DNA of 64,000 nt, from the NCBI GenBank assembly GCA_964584225.1, contig CAZOZG010000002.1, forward strand, positions 5,127 to 69,126, written 5' to 3'. Below, piece after piece: positions 35,954 to 45,636 of the stretch. This DNA comes from an uncultured Candidatus Saccharibacteria bacterium (GTDB lineage: Bacteria; Patescibacteriota; Minisyncoccia; Phycocordibacterales; UBA2100). The notes under the pieces were generated by a model that searched no databases, had not been told where the DNA came from, and saw only the letters and a program-made list of their open reading frames with translations. Both the position numbers and the translations under genes were made by a program. Position 1 is the first letter of the stretch, and every line of letters begins with the position of its first letter.

Positions 35954-36979
35954 CTAATTGAGCATTCGCATTGCCGTTTCGACGTCAGCGCGCACCATCA
36001 TGGCCACGAGCTTCTTAAAAGGGACCGTGGGCTCCCAGCCGAGTTTGCGACACGCTTTGGAATAATCGCCCCGGAGCGCGTGCACTTCCGCGGGGCGATA
36101 AAACTCTTTTGACACGCGGACGATGATTCGATTGCCTTTTGTGACGCCGACCTCCTTCAGTCCGCTGCCTTTCCAAGTGAGCGCAATACCAAGCTCTTCG
36201 CACGCAGCTTCGACAAATTCGCGCACTGAATGGCTTTCGTTGGTCGCTATAACGTAATCGTCGGCTTTCCTTTGCTGCAGCATCAAATGCATCGCGCGAA
36301 CGTAATCTCCCGCAAAGCCCCAGTCGCGGCGCGCATCCAGATTTCCAAGCGCAAAGCTCTCCTGAAGACCGAGCGCGACCTTGGCCAAAGAAACGGTTAT
36401 TTTGCGTGTAACGAAATGCTCCCCGCGGCGCGGCGATTCATGATTGAAAAGAATGCCGGAGGTAATGTGAACGCCTAAGCGTTCGCGATAGCCGACAACA
36501 AAATCCTGATGCGCTTTGAGCTTTGCCTCAGCGTACGGAGAGACAGGCTGGAAGGGAGAGTGTTCGTCTTGTGGCGGCTTTGTCTTCCCGAACATCTCAC
36601 TTGTCGATGCCTGATAGATGCGGACTTTGGGATTGATTTTTATCGCTTCATTGACGAGGCGCCCGACGCCGTAGTAGTTGATTTCCATTGTCTCTTCGGG
36701 GCATTTGAATGAAATGCCGACGTCTGAAAGTGCGGCAAGGTTGTAAATCTCATCCGGCCTCGCCTCTTTCAAGACGCGCGCGAGCGACGCGCCATCGCGT
36801 AGATTACCGTACCGCATTTGTATTGAGCGATCATCGGCGAGTTTGTGAATGCGCATCAAAGGATCAAGGCTCGTCCGACGCATGAGACCCCACACTTCGT
36901 AGCCCTTGCCGACCAAATACTCGGCAAGATAAGAGCCATCCTGGCCGGTAACGCCTGTGATGAGCGCGCGTTTTTTCAT
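35954..36979 (-). CDS. gmd: GDP-mannose 4,6-dehydratase.
   Basis: MKKRALITGVTGQDGSYLAEYLVGKGYEVWGLMRRTS...YAEAKLKAH. Confidence 0.85.
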   Translation of the reverse strand: MKKRALITGVTGQDGSYLAEYLVGKGYEVWGLMRRTSLDPLMRIHKLADDRSIQMRYGNLRDGASLARVLKEARPDEIYNLAALSDVGISFKCPEETMEINYYGVGRLVNEAIKINPKVRIYQASTSEMFGKTKPPQDEHSPFQPVSPYAEAKLKAHQDFVVGYRERLGVHITSGILFNHESPRRGEHFVTRKITVSLAKVALGLQESFALGNLDARRDWGFAGDYVRAMHLMLQQRKADDYVIATNESHSVREFVEAACEELGIALTWKGSGLKEVGVTKGNRIIVRVSKEFYRPAEVHALRGDYSKACRKLGWEPTVPFKKLVAMMVRADVETAMRMLN

Positions 36980-37058
36980 ATCGACCCACTATACCCTCTC
37001 GCGTGCGTTTCGAAAAGAGCCTGTATTTGAGCGCTTATACATGCTATGCTAGCCCGTC

Positions 37059-38321
37059 ATGGCAAGAATTATTGAACGAACAACCTGCCGAATATCGGGA
37101 GAAACGCTGAAACCGCTTTTTTCGCTCGGCGACATCTACATTTCTGACTTTTTGCCCACAGAGGCGAAGCCGCGCAGCCCGAAAGTGCCGCTCGAGCTGA
37201 TGCTCGCGCCGAAATCCGGCCTCGTGCAGCTCAAACACACCGCGCCCTCAGAGGACATGTACAAAGTCTACTGGTATCGCTCCGGCACCAACGAATCGAT
37301 GGTGGCGGAATTGAAAGACATCGCGGAGTCGGTGTCGCGCCACATGCGCCTCGGAAAAGGCAGCATCTGGATTGATGTCGGCTGTAACGACGGCACGCTC
37401 CTTTCGTTTCTTTCAAAAGACATCACCCGCATCGGCTACGATCCGAACGACTACAAGAAGTTTTCGTCTCCGCACGCAGACCTCATCGTGAACGATTATT
37501 TCAATGCGAAGGCGTTTCGCGCCTCGAAATACGGAAAGAAAAAAGCGAAGGTCATCACGTCGATCGCAATGTTCTACGATCTCGAGGATCCGCACGCGTT
37601 TGCGAAGGATGTATACGACATTTTGGATGCTGACGGTATGTGGGTCATTCAAATGAGCTATTTGCCGCTCATGCTCACACAACTCGCGTTTGATAATATC
37701 TGTCACGAACATCTCGAATACTACAGTTTGACTGCGCTGAAGTATCTTTTGGACCAACACCGTTTTAAAATCGTCGACTGTCAGCTCAACGACATCAACG
37801 GCGGCAGTTTTCGCATCCATATCCAAAAGAAATCAGCGGCGGCAGATTCCTTCGCGACTGCCCCGTATCGAGACGTCGCGGCCTATCGAGTCGATGCATT
37901 GCTCGAATATGAAAAAAAACTTCGGCTCAACGACCCGAAGACATACAAAGATTTTTATAAACGCTGCCTTAAGTTGCGAGAGCAAACACTACGTTTTTTA
38001 AAAGCAGAAAAAAAGAAAGGTAAGAAAATCTGGGCATACGGCGCCTCGACCAAAGGCAATACGCTCTTGCAGTGGTGGGGCATCGACAGCTCTCTCGTCG
38101 ATGGCATCGCTGAGCGCTCCGAAGCGAAATTCGGACTGAAGACAGTCGGTTCGAACATTCCAATTTCTTCCGAAGCGAAGATGCGAAAGGCAAAACCCGA
38201 TTATCTCTTGGTGCTCCCATGGCATTTCATCGAGTCATTTGTCCGCCGTGAACAAGAATTTCTGAAACGTGGCGGGAGATTCATTGTCCCCTGCCCCCAC
38301 TTTGAGGTCATCCCTGGCTAG
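37059..38321 (+). CDS. C-methyltransferase-family protein (TylC3-like fold; N-terminal Zn site degenerate).
   Basis: TTCRISGETLKPLFSLGDIYISDF...SIWIDVGCNDGTLLSF...MFYDLEDPHAFAKDVYDILDADGMWVIQMSYL. Confidence 0.45.
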   Translation: MARIIERTTCRISGETLKPLFSLGDIYISDFLPTEAKPRSPKVPLELMLAPKSGLVQLKHTAPSEDMYKVYWYRSGTNESMVAELKDIAESVSRHMRLGKGSIWIDVGCNDGTLLSFLSKDITRIGYDPNDYKKFSSPHADLIVNDYFNAKAFRASKYGKKKAKVITSIAMFYDLEDPHAFAKDVYDILDADGMWVIQMSYLPLMLTQLAFDNICHEHLEYYSLTALKYLLDQHRFKIVDCQLNDINGGSFRIHIQKKSAAADSFATAPYRDVAAYRVDALLEYEKKLRLNDPKTYKDFYKRCLKLREQTLRFLKAEKKKGKKIWAYGASTKGNTLLQWWGIDSSLVDGIAERSEAKFGLKTVGSNIPISSEAKMRKAKPDYLLVLPWHFIESFVRREQEFLKRGGRFIVPCPHFEVIPG

Positions 38322-39472
38322 CGCATCAATTCTCGATATACCGCAAGAATTGCATCCGCAGATGCCGCCCAGGTGAATTTCTTGGCGAGGACGAAGCCGT
38401 TCCGTTTGACCTCTTCGTTCCGTTTCGGATCCATGATCTCCTTCATGCCACGCGCGACATCACGCACATCGAGCGCATCCACCAAGACTGCATCGCGACC
38501 GGTGATTTCCGGTCTGGCGGTTTCTGATACCACCGTCGGGGTACCACACGCCATTGCTTCGATTGCTGGGAGACCGAACCCTTCGTTTAAGAGCGGAAAA
38601 ACAAGCGCGAAAGCCGCGCCGTACACTCCCGGCAAATCCGCTTGCTCCACGTACCTAATGACATGAACGCGCTCACGCACGCGACTCTTCTTAAGAAAAG
38701 CCCCGACGAGTGGCAGTTCTGTGCCGGTAGCTCCAACGTTGACATAGTGCATCCTCGTGTCACCGCTTTCGTTGCAGTACATCTCAAATGCTTGCAGACA
38801 GCGCACCACATTTTTTATCGGTATAAGTCGGCCCACGCCCAAAAAGAAGGACTCGGGTAGATCGTATTTCGAACGCACGGCCCGGATCAAATCGCGAGAG
38901 GCAGGCTTGAATGAATCATCCGCGCCATTGTGAATGACGCGTATCTGTCGGGCTTCGAAGCGATAGTATTTCGCAATATCGCGTGCCGCGTAAGACGAGC
39001 CAGCAATCGCTATATCGATTTGCTTTCGCCATAGTATCAGAGTCCAGTTGAAGACATGCCGGGCTGCATTGAAGCGATTGTATGCGGTGACATCCCCCGC
39101 GCCGTGTACGGTGACGACCAAATGCGTTGCCGGTGCTCTCCAAAAGAATGGATAGAGGCGGGGCTGGAACCAATGCATGATGTCGAACTGTTCGCGTGTC
39201 GTCAATATGAAATACATGAAGCGGAGCGAGCGTCTGTTGAACACGCGGAAGCGGAATTCTGGAATGATAATTTCACGAACGCCGTGCTGGTAGATTTCGT
39301 CGTCGAAACGCTCGTAGTGTATGAACGTGAGTTCAAACTCATCGCGATGCTTGAGCAATGTCTCTACGCACTTACGTGCGACCACGGCCGTACCTTTGGC
39401 GAGGCGTCCGTCGATCGTCGATGTCATGAGCGCGAGTCGAATCTTTGGCTTCATACGTGCAAAATGTCGCAC
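38318..39472 (-). CDS. GT4 glycosyltransferase.
   Basis: GVGRLIPIKNV...EGFGLPAIEAMACGTPTVVSE. Confidence 0.7.
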   Translation of the reverse strand: MRHFARMKPKIRLALMTSTIDGRLAKGTAVVARKCVETLLKHRDEFELTFIHYERFDDEIYQHGVREIIIPEFRFRVFNRRSLRFMYFILTTREQFDIMHWFQPRLYPFFWRAPATHLVVTVHGAGDVTAYNRFNAARHVFNWTLILWRKQIDIAIAGSSYAARDIAKYYRFEARQIRVIHNGADDSFKPASRDLIRAVRSKYDLPESFFLGVGRLIPIKNVVRCLQAFEMYCNESGDTRMHYVNVGATGTELPLVGAFLKKSRVRERVHVIRYVEQADLPGVYGAAFALVFPLLNEGFGLPAIEAMACGTPTVVSETARPEITGRDAVLVDALDVRDVARGMKEIMDPKRNEEVKRNGFVLAKKFTWAASADAILAVYRELMR

Positions 39473-39527
39473 CTAGAGTATGCAGGGAGCGATGGGAAAA
39501 AACAAGAAACCGTACTAGACTTCTCGC

Positions 39528-41300
39528 ATGTGCGGGATTTTCGGCATCAATGAAAAGAATGAACCACTCGTCGACGCAGCGGCTGCGTGCATTCGTCACC
39601 GCGGGCCAGATTCCTACGGCAAATGGATTGGGGAGTCTTTTTCTTTTGGTTTCGACCGACTCGCGATTATCGATCTCGATCAACGCGCCAATCAGCCGAT
39701 GTGGGACGATGCGCGCGAGCTCGCCGTTGTTTTCAACGGGGAAATCTATAATTTCAAAGAGCTGAAGAGTGAACTCGAAAAAGAATTTCAGTTTCGTACG
39801 ACCTCTGATACAGAAGTCTTGCTCTACGGGTATAAAAAATACGGACCAGCATTCGCCGAGCGATTACGTGGCATGTTTGCTTATGCGATCTACGACTCGA
39901 AGAAAAATCGTGTGGTGCTGTTTCGCGATCACGCTGGCATCAAACCCCTCCTCTACTATTTCAAAGACGGCATCTTTCTCTTCGGTTCTGAGATGAAAGC
40001 AGTTATGCGTGCGCTTTCACAAAAACAGATCGCGCCGACGCTCGATCGCGATGCAATTCAAAGTTACTTCGGGCTTGGCTATATTCTTTCTCCGGCGACG
40101 ATGTACAAACACGTTCGCAAAGTGCCTCGTGGCTCGTATCTCGAATTCGATATTGCGAAGAAGCAAATTGTTGCCGTAGAACATTTTAAAAGTCCCGGGG
40201 CGAAGGCGAAAAGTGATGACGAGCTTTTCACGATTATCGAACAAAGCATTCTTGATCACCTGATCGCAGATGTGCCCGTCGGTCTCTTTTTCTCAGGGGG
40301 AACGGATTCATCGCTTATTGCATCGATCTTGCACGCGCACAAGGTGGACCTTGAGACATTCAGTATCGGAGTCGAGGGACGAGACACCGACCGAAAATAC
40401 TTTTCCGAAATAAGCGAAACGCTCGGCATCAAGGCGCACGCGTTCGATTTCACACCCGCGGAATTCAACGCGGTCTACGAACCCGTCATGAACAAAGTGG
40501 ATGAACCATGCGCCGATATTTCGATTTTTCCCACGTACTTTGTCTCTCAAAAAGCCGCGGAACGGGTGAAAGTGGTGCTTTCTGGCGAAGGCGGTGACGA
40601 ACTTTTCTTTGGATACGCGCGGCAGCGCGCGCTCGCGCGCCTCCGCGGCGCGCGCTGCCGCGCTTCCCTCACACTTGTCGAACAACTTTTCTTGCGCACA
40701 CCAACCTTTAAAGGCAAAAACTTCGTTTTCGAGAAGATCTTTACGCTCCTACGACAGCCCGTGAGCGCGTACCTCCTCTTCATGTCACCGTCGCGTGACC
40801 TTACCAATCCTGCTGCGTGGGCTGCTGCAAAAAAATCTCTCGTAGAGCAGGCGAATGAACCACTCTACTTCGACCGCGATCTGTATCTTGAAAATGATTT
40901 ATTGCGTAAGACCGACTTCGCGACATCACTAAACTCAATCGAAGGCCGCGTTCCCCTTCTCGACCCACGTATCATCGCAGCCGCACCGGCGTTTGCCAGT
41001 GAATACAAACCATCGGCACCGTCGAAACCAGTGCTGAAACGGCTTCTCGCTCGTTTTTTGCCGAAAGAATTGGTGTACCGCCCAAAAAGTGGTTTTGGGA
41101 TTCCGCTGCTGCGAATGCTGCCTCATTCAGAGGCTTTGCGACGTGATCTCGATTTGGCAATTGCTTACCTGCAAAAAGAGAGGCTCTTGTATGCAACATT
41201 GCCACGCACACGTGAAGAACTGGTGGCTCGGTATCCGAATCTGTGTTTCGCGATGATCAGTCTTTACCGTGCGCTCACGAACAACGCATCACAAGCCTGA
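39528..41300 (+). CDS. asnB: Asparagine synthase-family amidotransferase, second paralog.
   Basis: MCGIFGINEK, SGGTDSS. Confidence 0.8.
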   Translation: MCGIFGINEKNEPLVDAAAACIRHRGPDSYGKWIGESFSFGFDRLAIIDLDQRANQPMWDDARELAVVFNGEIYNFKELKSELEKEFQFRTTSDTEVLLYGYKKYGPAFAERLRGMFAYAIYDSKKNRVVLFRDHAGIKPLLYYFKDGIFLFGSEMKAVMRALSQKQIAPTLDRDAIQSYFGLGYILSPATMYKHVRKVPRGSYLEFDIAKKQIVAVEHFKSPGAKAKSDDELFTIIEQSILDHLIADVPVGLFFSGGTDSSLIASILHAHKVDLETFSIGVEGRDTDRKYFSEISETLGIKAHAFDFTPAEFNAVYEPVMNKVDEPCADISIFPTYFVSQKAAERVKVVLSGEGGDELFFGYARQRALARLRGARCRASLTLVEQLFLRTPTFKGKNFVFEKIFTLLRQPVSAYLLFMSPSRDLTNPAAWAAAKKSLVEQANEPLYFDRDLYLENDLLRKTDFATSLNSIEGRVPLLDPRIIAAAPAFASEYKPSAPSKPVLKRLLARFLPKELVYRPKSGFGIPLLRMLPHSEALRRDLDLAIAYLQKERLLYATLPRTREELVARYPNLCFAMISLYRALTNNASQA

Positions 41301-42344
41301 GAGAATATCGATGAGTTTTTGGAGTTGTTGCCCGTCTTCGCGATCGGCACGCACTTTTTGAAAACCCGCCACACCGAGCTCGCGTATGCGCTCTAGTGAA
41401 GCAGTGACGCCGCGAATCGCGTGTGCAAGCGCAGGGGCGGTGCGCTCCTGCACGAGCGCACCGCACTGCTCGTCTACAAACTCGTGCATACCTGGAATAT
41501 CGAAAGCGACCACAGGCATCGCCGCACGCTGCGCTTCCGCGACGACGTTGGGACACCCTTCCCGCTGCGACGGTAAAACAAAGAGATCGTGCGTGCGGTA
41601 GAGCTCCTCGACTCGAGCAGGCGCGACAGCACCGAGGAACGAGACGCGCGAGCCTAAGGAAGCGGCGCGCGCTTCAAGCGCGCGCCGCTCTTTCCCCTCT
41701 CCTGCAATCGTCAGCGTATACTCGCGTGGCAACTCCTTCATCGCGTCAATCAAAATCGCCTGATCTTTTTTTGGAGTGAGACTTCCGACCGTCAGGAGTT
41801 TTGTCCCGGCGAACACACGAGCTGGCGACTCTGTGGGGAGCTGAATGCCGTTGTAGAGAATCCGCATGCGCCGCGAGAGCCACGGCGCATGTGCGCACAG
41901 AGAATCCGCCACCGCGTGAGAAACAGCGATGATCGCGTTTGATGTGAATCCAAGCGCAATGTCAACGAATTTGTAGAGCACGGGTTTGATGTCGGCCATG
42001 TTCGCTTCGCGTGTCACGAGCGAGAGTCGTGGCGAAAAGATTTTTACACATCGCCCAAAAGTATTTGTCTCGTTGAGTGTCGTATATAATACATCGATTT
42101 TGTGCTCGCGACACAGAGCGCTCAGCCGCCGCAGCGCACCAAAGTCAAAAATCGATCGGGCGCCGATGTTCATAACACGCTCCTGAGGCACCCGAAGTTC
42201 TCCAATGCGAGCTCCGGGCGTAAACAATGTCACGGCATGTACTTCCCATCCGCGCTCATAGAGCTCATTGATTTGGGAGATAAAGACTGACTCAGCTCCG
42301 CCGAGTGCAAAAGAATTTATAAGAAACGCGACACGTTTTTTCAT
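41289..42344 (-). CDS. GT4 glycosyltransferase.
   Basis: MKKRVAFLINSFALGGAESV...REGCPNVVAEAQRAAMPVVAFDIPG. The start ATGA-overlaps the upstream stop. Confidence 0.7.
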   Translation of the reverse strand: MKKRVAFLINSFALGGAESVFISQINELYERGWEVHAVTLFTPGARIGELRVPQERVMNIGARSIFDFGALRRLSALCREHKIDVLYTTLNETNTFGRCVKIFSPRLSLVTREANMADIKPVLYKFVDIALGFTSNAIIAVSHAVADSLCAHAPWLSRRMRILYNGIQLPTESPARVFAGTKLLTVGSLTPKKDQAILIDAMKELPREYTLTIAGEGKERRALEARAASLGSRVSFLGAVAPARVEELYRTHDLFVLPSQREGCPNVVAEAQRAAMPVVAFDIPGMHEFVDEQCGALVQERTAPALAHAIRGVTASLERIRELGVAGFQKVRADREDGQQLQKLIDILSGL

Positions 42345-43705
42345 ATGAAGCGATGTCGAATCCATAATGCGAATGTGGCGACAACGTCCATTGCAATCAG
42401 AAAAAGGAACGGTTCGATGGGAATTCTGTAGCGAGGATTCGCGACTGGGCCCGCGATGAGCGCAAGAATGCCAACCAAGGCGATCGTACCGAGCACAAAG
42501 ACGATCAGACGACTACGACGATATATCCACGACGCAGCAAACAAACTCAACCAAGCAAAAAGCCATACGAGCCGTTCGAGGAGAATTGGAATGTTTGAGA
42601 AAATACTCTGGATGACGCCTGCATAATCGCCACGCACCAAGCTCTCGGTCGGCGTGTGGTACATCTGTGGCGATCCGGAAAGAATTCCGAGGTCATGAAG
42701 CTCCAGATAGAGCGTCCCGATGCTTGTGCCGAAGAAAAATGGTGCGGTCGAGAGTACGTGATATCGGGCATAGGCAAACGGCTGTGAGAGAATCGCCGCG
42801 CGCACAACCGCTTTTTCCTGCGCAGTAAATGCGAACGACTGCTGCGCATCGGAGTCGCTCGTGCCGATCTCAGCAAACATGTCCGCGTGAACGTCGTCGA
42901 TCGACTTTCCCATCTCAGCGGCTTTAAAACCAGCGACGTCGTAATACCAGAGCGTATAGGTACCATTTGGTGAAAGTGCAAAATGACCCGCGACGTGCTC
43001 GTTGCGAATCATCCACGGGACGAGGACAACAAACGCGCACAGGAGTATCGTTAAAAGACCAATCGCGCATTTTTTTGTATCTGGCCAGTACCGTACTACT
43101 CCCATGAGTGCAATAAATGGCGTCATGTAGAGTCCGATCGGCCGAACGAGAATCGCCAATCCGATCAGGATGCCGCTCAGAGCAAGCGGAATCAACCAGT
43201 GCCGTTTCGTCGTGAGCAGCATTAGATAGAAACCGCTCAAGAAAAGTGCCATAAACAATGTCTCTGACAATGCAAACCACGTGTGCAGGAAAACAATCGG
43301 GTCGATAAGATACAAGAGCGCCGCGGCTATTGCAACGGGTCGCGAGAAAAAACGAACTCCGATGAAATACGTCAATGACGCTGCATATGCAGTCAGCAAA
43401 AGTTGCGCGAAGGGAACGATCAGCAGGGACGAAGAGACTGAAAACAATAAAGCGAGAAACGCTGGATAGCCCGGTGTCCGGAAAACATCCGGTGCGCTTG
43501 TCGCCGTAAGCGCAAAGCGGTGATCGGAAAGCATAGTCCGCGCGAGCGTGATGTAGCCGACCGAATCTGGACTTGCAATCATCTGTTCGACACTGCGCCC
43601 ATGCGCGCTGCCGGCGTTATACATAGCGACAAACAAGGCACCGTAGACAAGGAGACATACGAGCGCGATAACGCTTGCAATTTGAATGTCAGTCAACTTT
43701 TTCAT
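42341..43705 (-). CDS. GT-C-fold membrane glycosyltransferase (ArnT/PMT-like), paralog 3.
   Basis: PDSVGYITLARTMLSDHRFALTATSAPDVFRTPGYPAFLALLFS, polytopic. Confidence 0.5.
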   Translation of the reverse strand: MKKLTDIQIASVIALVCLLVYGALFVAMYNAGSAHGRSVEQMIASPDSVGYITLARTMLSDHRFALTATSAPDVFRTPGYPAFLALLFSVSSSLLIVPFAQLLLTAYAASLTYFIGVRFFSRPVAIAAALLYLIDPIVFLHTWFALSETLFMALFLSGFYLMLLTTKRHWLIPLALSGILIGLAILVRPIGLYMTPFIALMGVVRYWPDTKKCAIGLLTILLCAFVVLVPWMIRNEHVAGHFALSPNGTYTLWYYDVAGFKAAEMGKSIDDVHADMFAEIGTSDSDAQQSFAFTAQEKAVVRAAILSQPFAYARYHVLSTAPFFFGTSIGTLYLELHDLGILSGSPQMYHTPTESLVRGDYAGVIQSIFSNIPILLERLVWLFAWLSLFAASWIYRRSRLIVFVLGTIALVGILALIAGPVANPRYRIPIEPFLFLIAMDVVATFALWIRHRFI

Positions 43706-44715
43706 GACAGCAGCGCAAAAAGACGCTGGGAAAGAAGCGCCAGAGAATGCTCCCGCTCAACATACTCCCTGCAACTTCGTGCGATGTGCTCACGCTCAGC
43801 AGGAGCGAGAGACAGCGCATATCGTAACGTCGACACAAGTGTTTCAGTCGATCCGTCTGTGACGAATAACTGCGTCGGGATAACGTCTTTCACCGCGTCA
43901 TTCGCGACAATCGGAAGACACCCGGAAGCCATCGCTTCGCCGATTGTTTTATCGAATGAGCCCGACGGCGTGAGATTGCAGTAGATCGCGTGCGCGCGAT
44001 AAATGGCTGGAGTCTCCTCGTTACGTACGGCTCCATGAAATTCAAGAGACGGAATCCCCGTAAATTTTGATTTCACTTCCCGTGCATACGACTCGTGGCC
44101 CACCGTCGCGTCGCCATACACATCGGCATGTACGTGCTCACGTTCGAGTGACGCAAGAGCTGCGAGAAAGACTTCCAGTTTTTTGACAGGATCGAGTCGA
44201 CCCAAAAAAAGGATCGAATCCGCCGGTGCCTTGTCGGTCGGCGTAAAGAGCGTCGTATCAATGCCAATCGGCATGCGCGTCGCGTTTTGGTAGTGAGCGA
44301 CGTACGCTGATGGTGACGTGTAACAAACTCTCGTCGACAGCATCGCTGCAATACGAGTTTGCCACGTGCCTTTTTTGTGATTGCGCCAGAGAATGACCTT
44401 TTTGCCGAGAAAACGCCAGAGGATACCAGCGAGCAATACATATTCCTGATTCATGTGTACGAATACGGCGTCGTATTGATTGCGAAGCGACCAGACGAGT
44501 CTATAAAAACGCAGAACTCTAGAAACGCGCGGCCTGCCGCGCTCCTTCCCGAGTGAACTCACACGTACATTTGTGGGCAACTGATACCGACCTTCCCGCA
44601 AACAAATCACCTCAATCGCCTCGCAATGCTTTGCAAATTCCACAAGCCATCCATGGAAAAAACCCAAAACCGGGTCGTCGAGGTCCAAGGCTTGCGTGGT
44701 GACAAGCAGCCGCAT
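43702..44715 (-). CDS. GT4 glycosyltransferase.
   Basis: GT-B EX7E-like C-terminal region. GRLDPVKKLEVFLAALA...GEAMASGCLPIVAND. Confidence 0.65.
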   Translation of the reverse strand: MRLLVTTQALDLDDPVLGFFHGWLVEFAKHCEAIEVICLREGRYQLPTNVRVSSLGKERGRPRVSRVLRFYRLVWSLRNQYDAVFVHMNQEYVLLAGILWRFLGKKVILWRNHKKGTWQTRIAAMLSTRVCYTSPSAYVAHYQNATRMPIGIDTTLFTPTDKAPADSILFLGRLDPVKKLEVFLAALASLEREHVHADVYGDATVGHESYAREVKSKFTGIPSLEFHGAVRNEETPAIYRAHAIYCNLTPSGSFDKTIGEAMASGCLPIVANDAVKDVIPTQLFVTDGSTETLVSTLRYALSLAPAEREHIARSCREYVEREHSLALLSQRLFALLS

Positions 44716-44719
44716 TGTG

Positions 44720-45610
44720 TTATTTTCGCACCTTTTTCGCTTTCGCGCCTTTCAAAACACTTTTGCCGTATACGCCCTCCAACAGGTCGAGGTCTTTGTG
44801 CGTGGACGTGAGGAGCTCAATGTTTTTCGCTTCCATTGCCTTCAAAACCTCGAATGCGCGTTTGTCATGCGGAAGATGCTTTTTGAAAAGTCGGCTCAAT
44901 GCCGCGACATCTTTGATGAAGCAACCACCGCCTGCGCCACGGCCGCTTTTGTGCACCGGGTTGCTGTAGCGATTCGAAATCAACGGATCCGCTTTGATCG
45001 CGCGATTCACCACGTCCCAGTTGGCCCCGAATTGCTGCGCGAGATCGTACATGAGGTTGAAGAGAATCACTTGCGTGTAGCCGCTCGCGTTGTGTGTGTA
45101 TTTGAAAATTTCTGCCTCGGCACTTTTCACAATTTCCGAGTGCGGCGCTTTCGGAAGCGTTTTCATCACGCGTTCCGCGGCCATGTAGTGTTTCGCATCA
45201 GAGACTGGTAGACCGACGAGATTGACGAACGGGTGCGCAGCATCGTGCACGTGCGACGCAATCGAGAGGAACTCGGGTCCAAACAACACAATCCGATCGG
45301 AGAATTTCTTCTGCAACATTTCTGTCGTGCCCGGCAAAATCGTTGATTTGATGACGGCAATTTTTCCCTTGCCGACGAGCGGAATCACGCTCTGCACCAC
45401 AGAGATGTCGAAACCTTTCGGCGTCGTCGGCGTCCAGACTGCAATGAAAACAATGTCGCAGTCTTTGATTTTGTCTTTATTTTTGATCCACGGCTTTTCG
45501 AGCGAGTAACGCACGACCTCATAGCCGCGCTCCTCGTAATTATCCGCGTATGCTTTACCGATCCAGCCCTGCCCGATGAAACCAATGCGAGGCTTGCCGT
45601 TTTTCGCCAT
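44720..45610 (-). CDS. UDP-glucose/GDP-mannose 6-dehydrogenase family protein, short form lacking the C-terminal nucleotide-sugar-binding domain.
   Basis: RIGFIGQGWIGKAY, KSTILPGTT, FGPEFL, and catalytic Cys block GRGAGGGCFIKDVAAL. The protein ends about 45 aa after the Cys; total 296 aa. Confidence 0.55.
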   Translation of the reverse strand: MAKNGKPRIGFIGQGWIGKAYADNYEERGYEVVRYSLEKPWIKNKDKIKDCDIVFIAVWTPTTPKGFDISVVQSVIPLVGKGKIAVIKSTILPGTTEMLQKKFSDRIVLFGPEFLSIASHVHDAAHPFVNLVGLPVSDAKHYMAAERVMKTLPKAPHSEIVKSAEAEIFKYTHNASGYTQVILFNLMYDLAQQFGANWDVVNRAIKADPLISNRYSNPVHKSGRGAGGGCFIKDVAALSRLFKKHLPHDKRAFEVLKAMEAKNIELLTSTHKDLDLLEGVYGKSVLKGAKAKKVRK

Positions 45611-45636
45611 AGGAAGGCATTATGGCGATTTTTTGG

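Noticed and set aside
40619-40661. 14-bp inverted repeat GCGGCAGCGCGCGC ... GCGCGCGCTGCCGC inside the second asnB paralog.
   Set aside because: Within coding sequence, where it encodes a RALARLRGARCRA-type low-complexity insert. Likely a compositional consequence of GC-rich Arg/Ala codons, not a regulatory palindrome.
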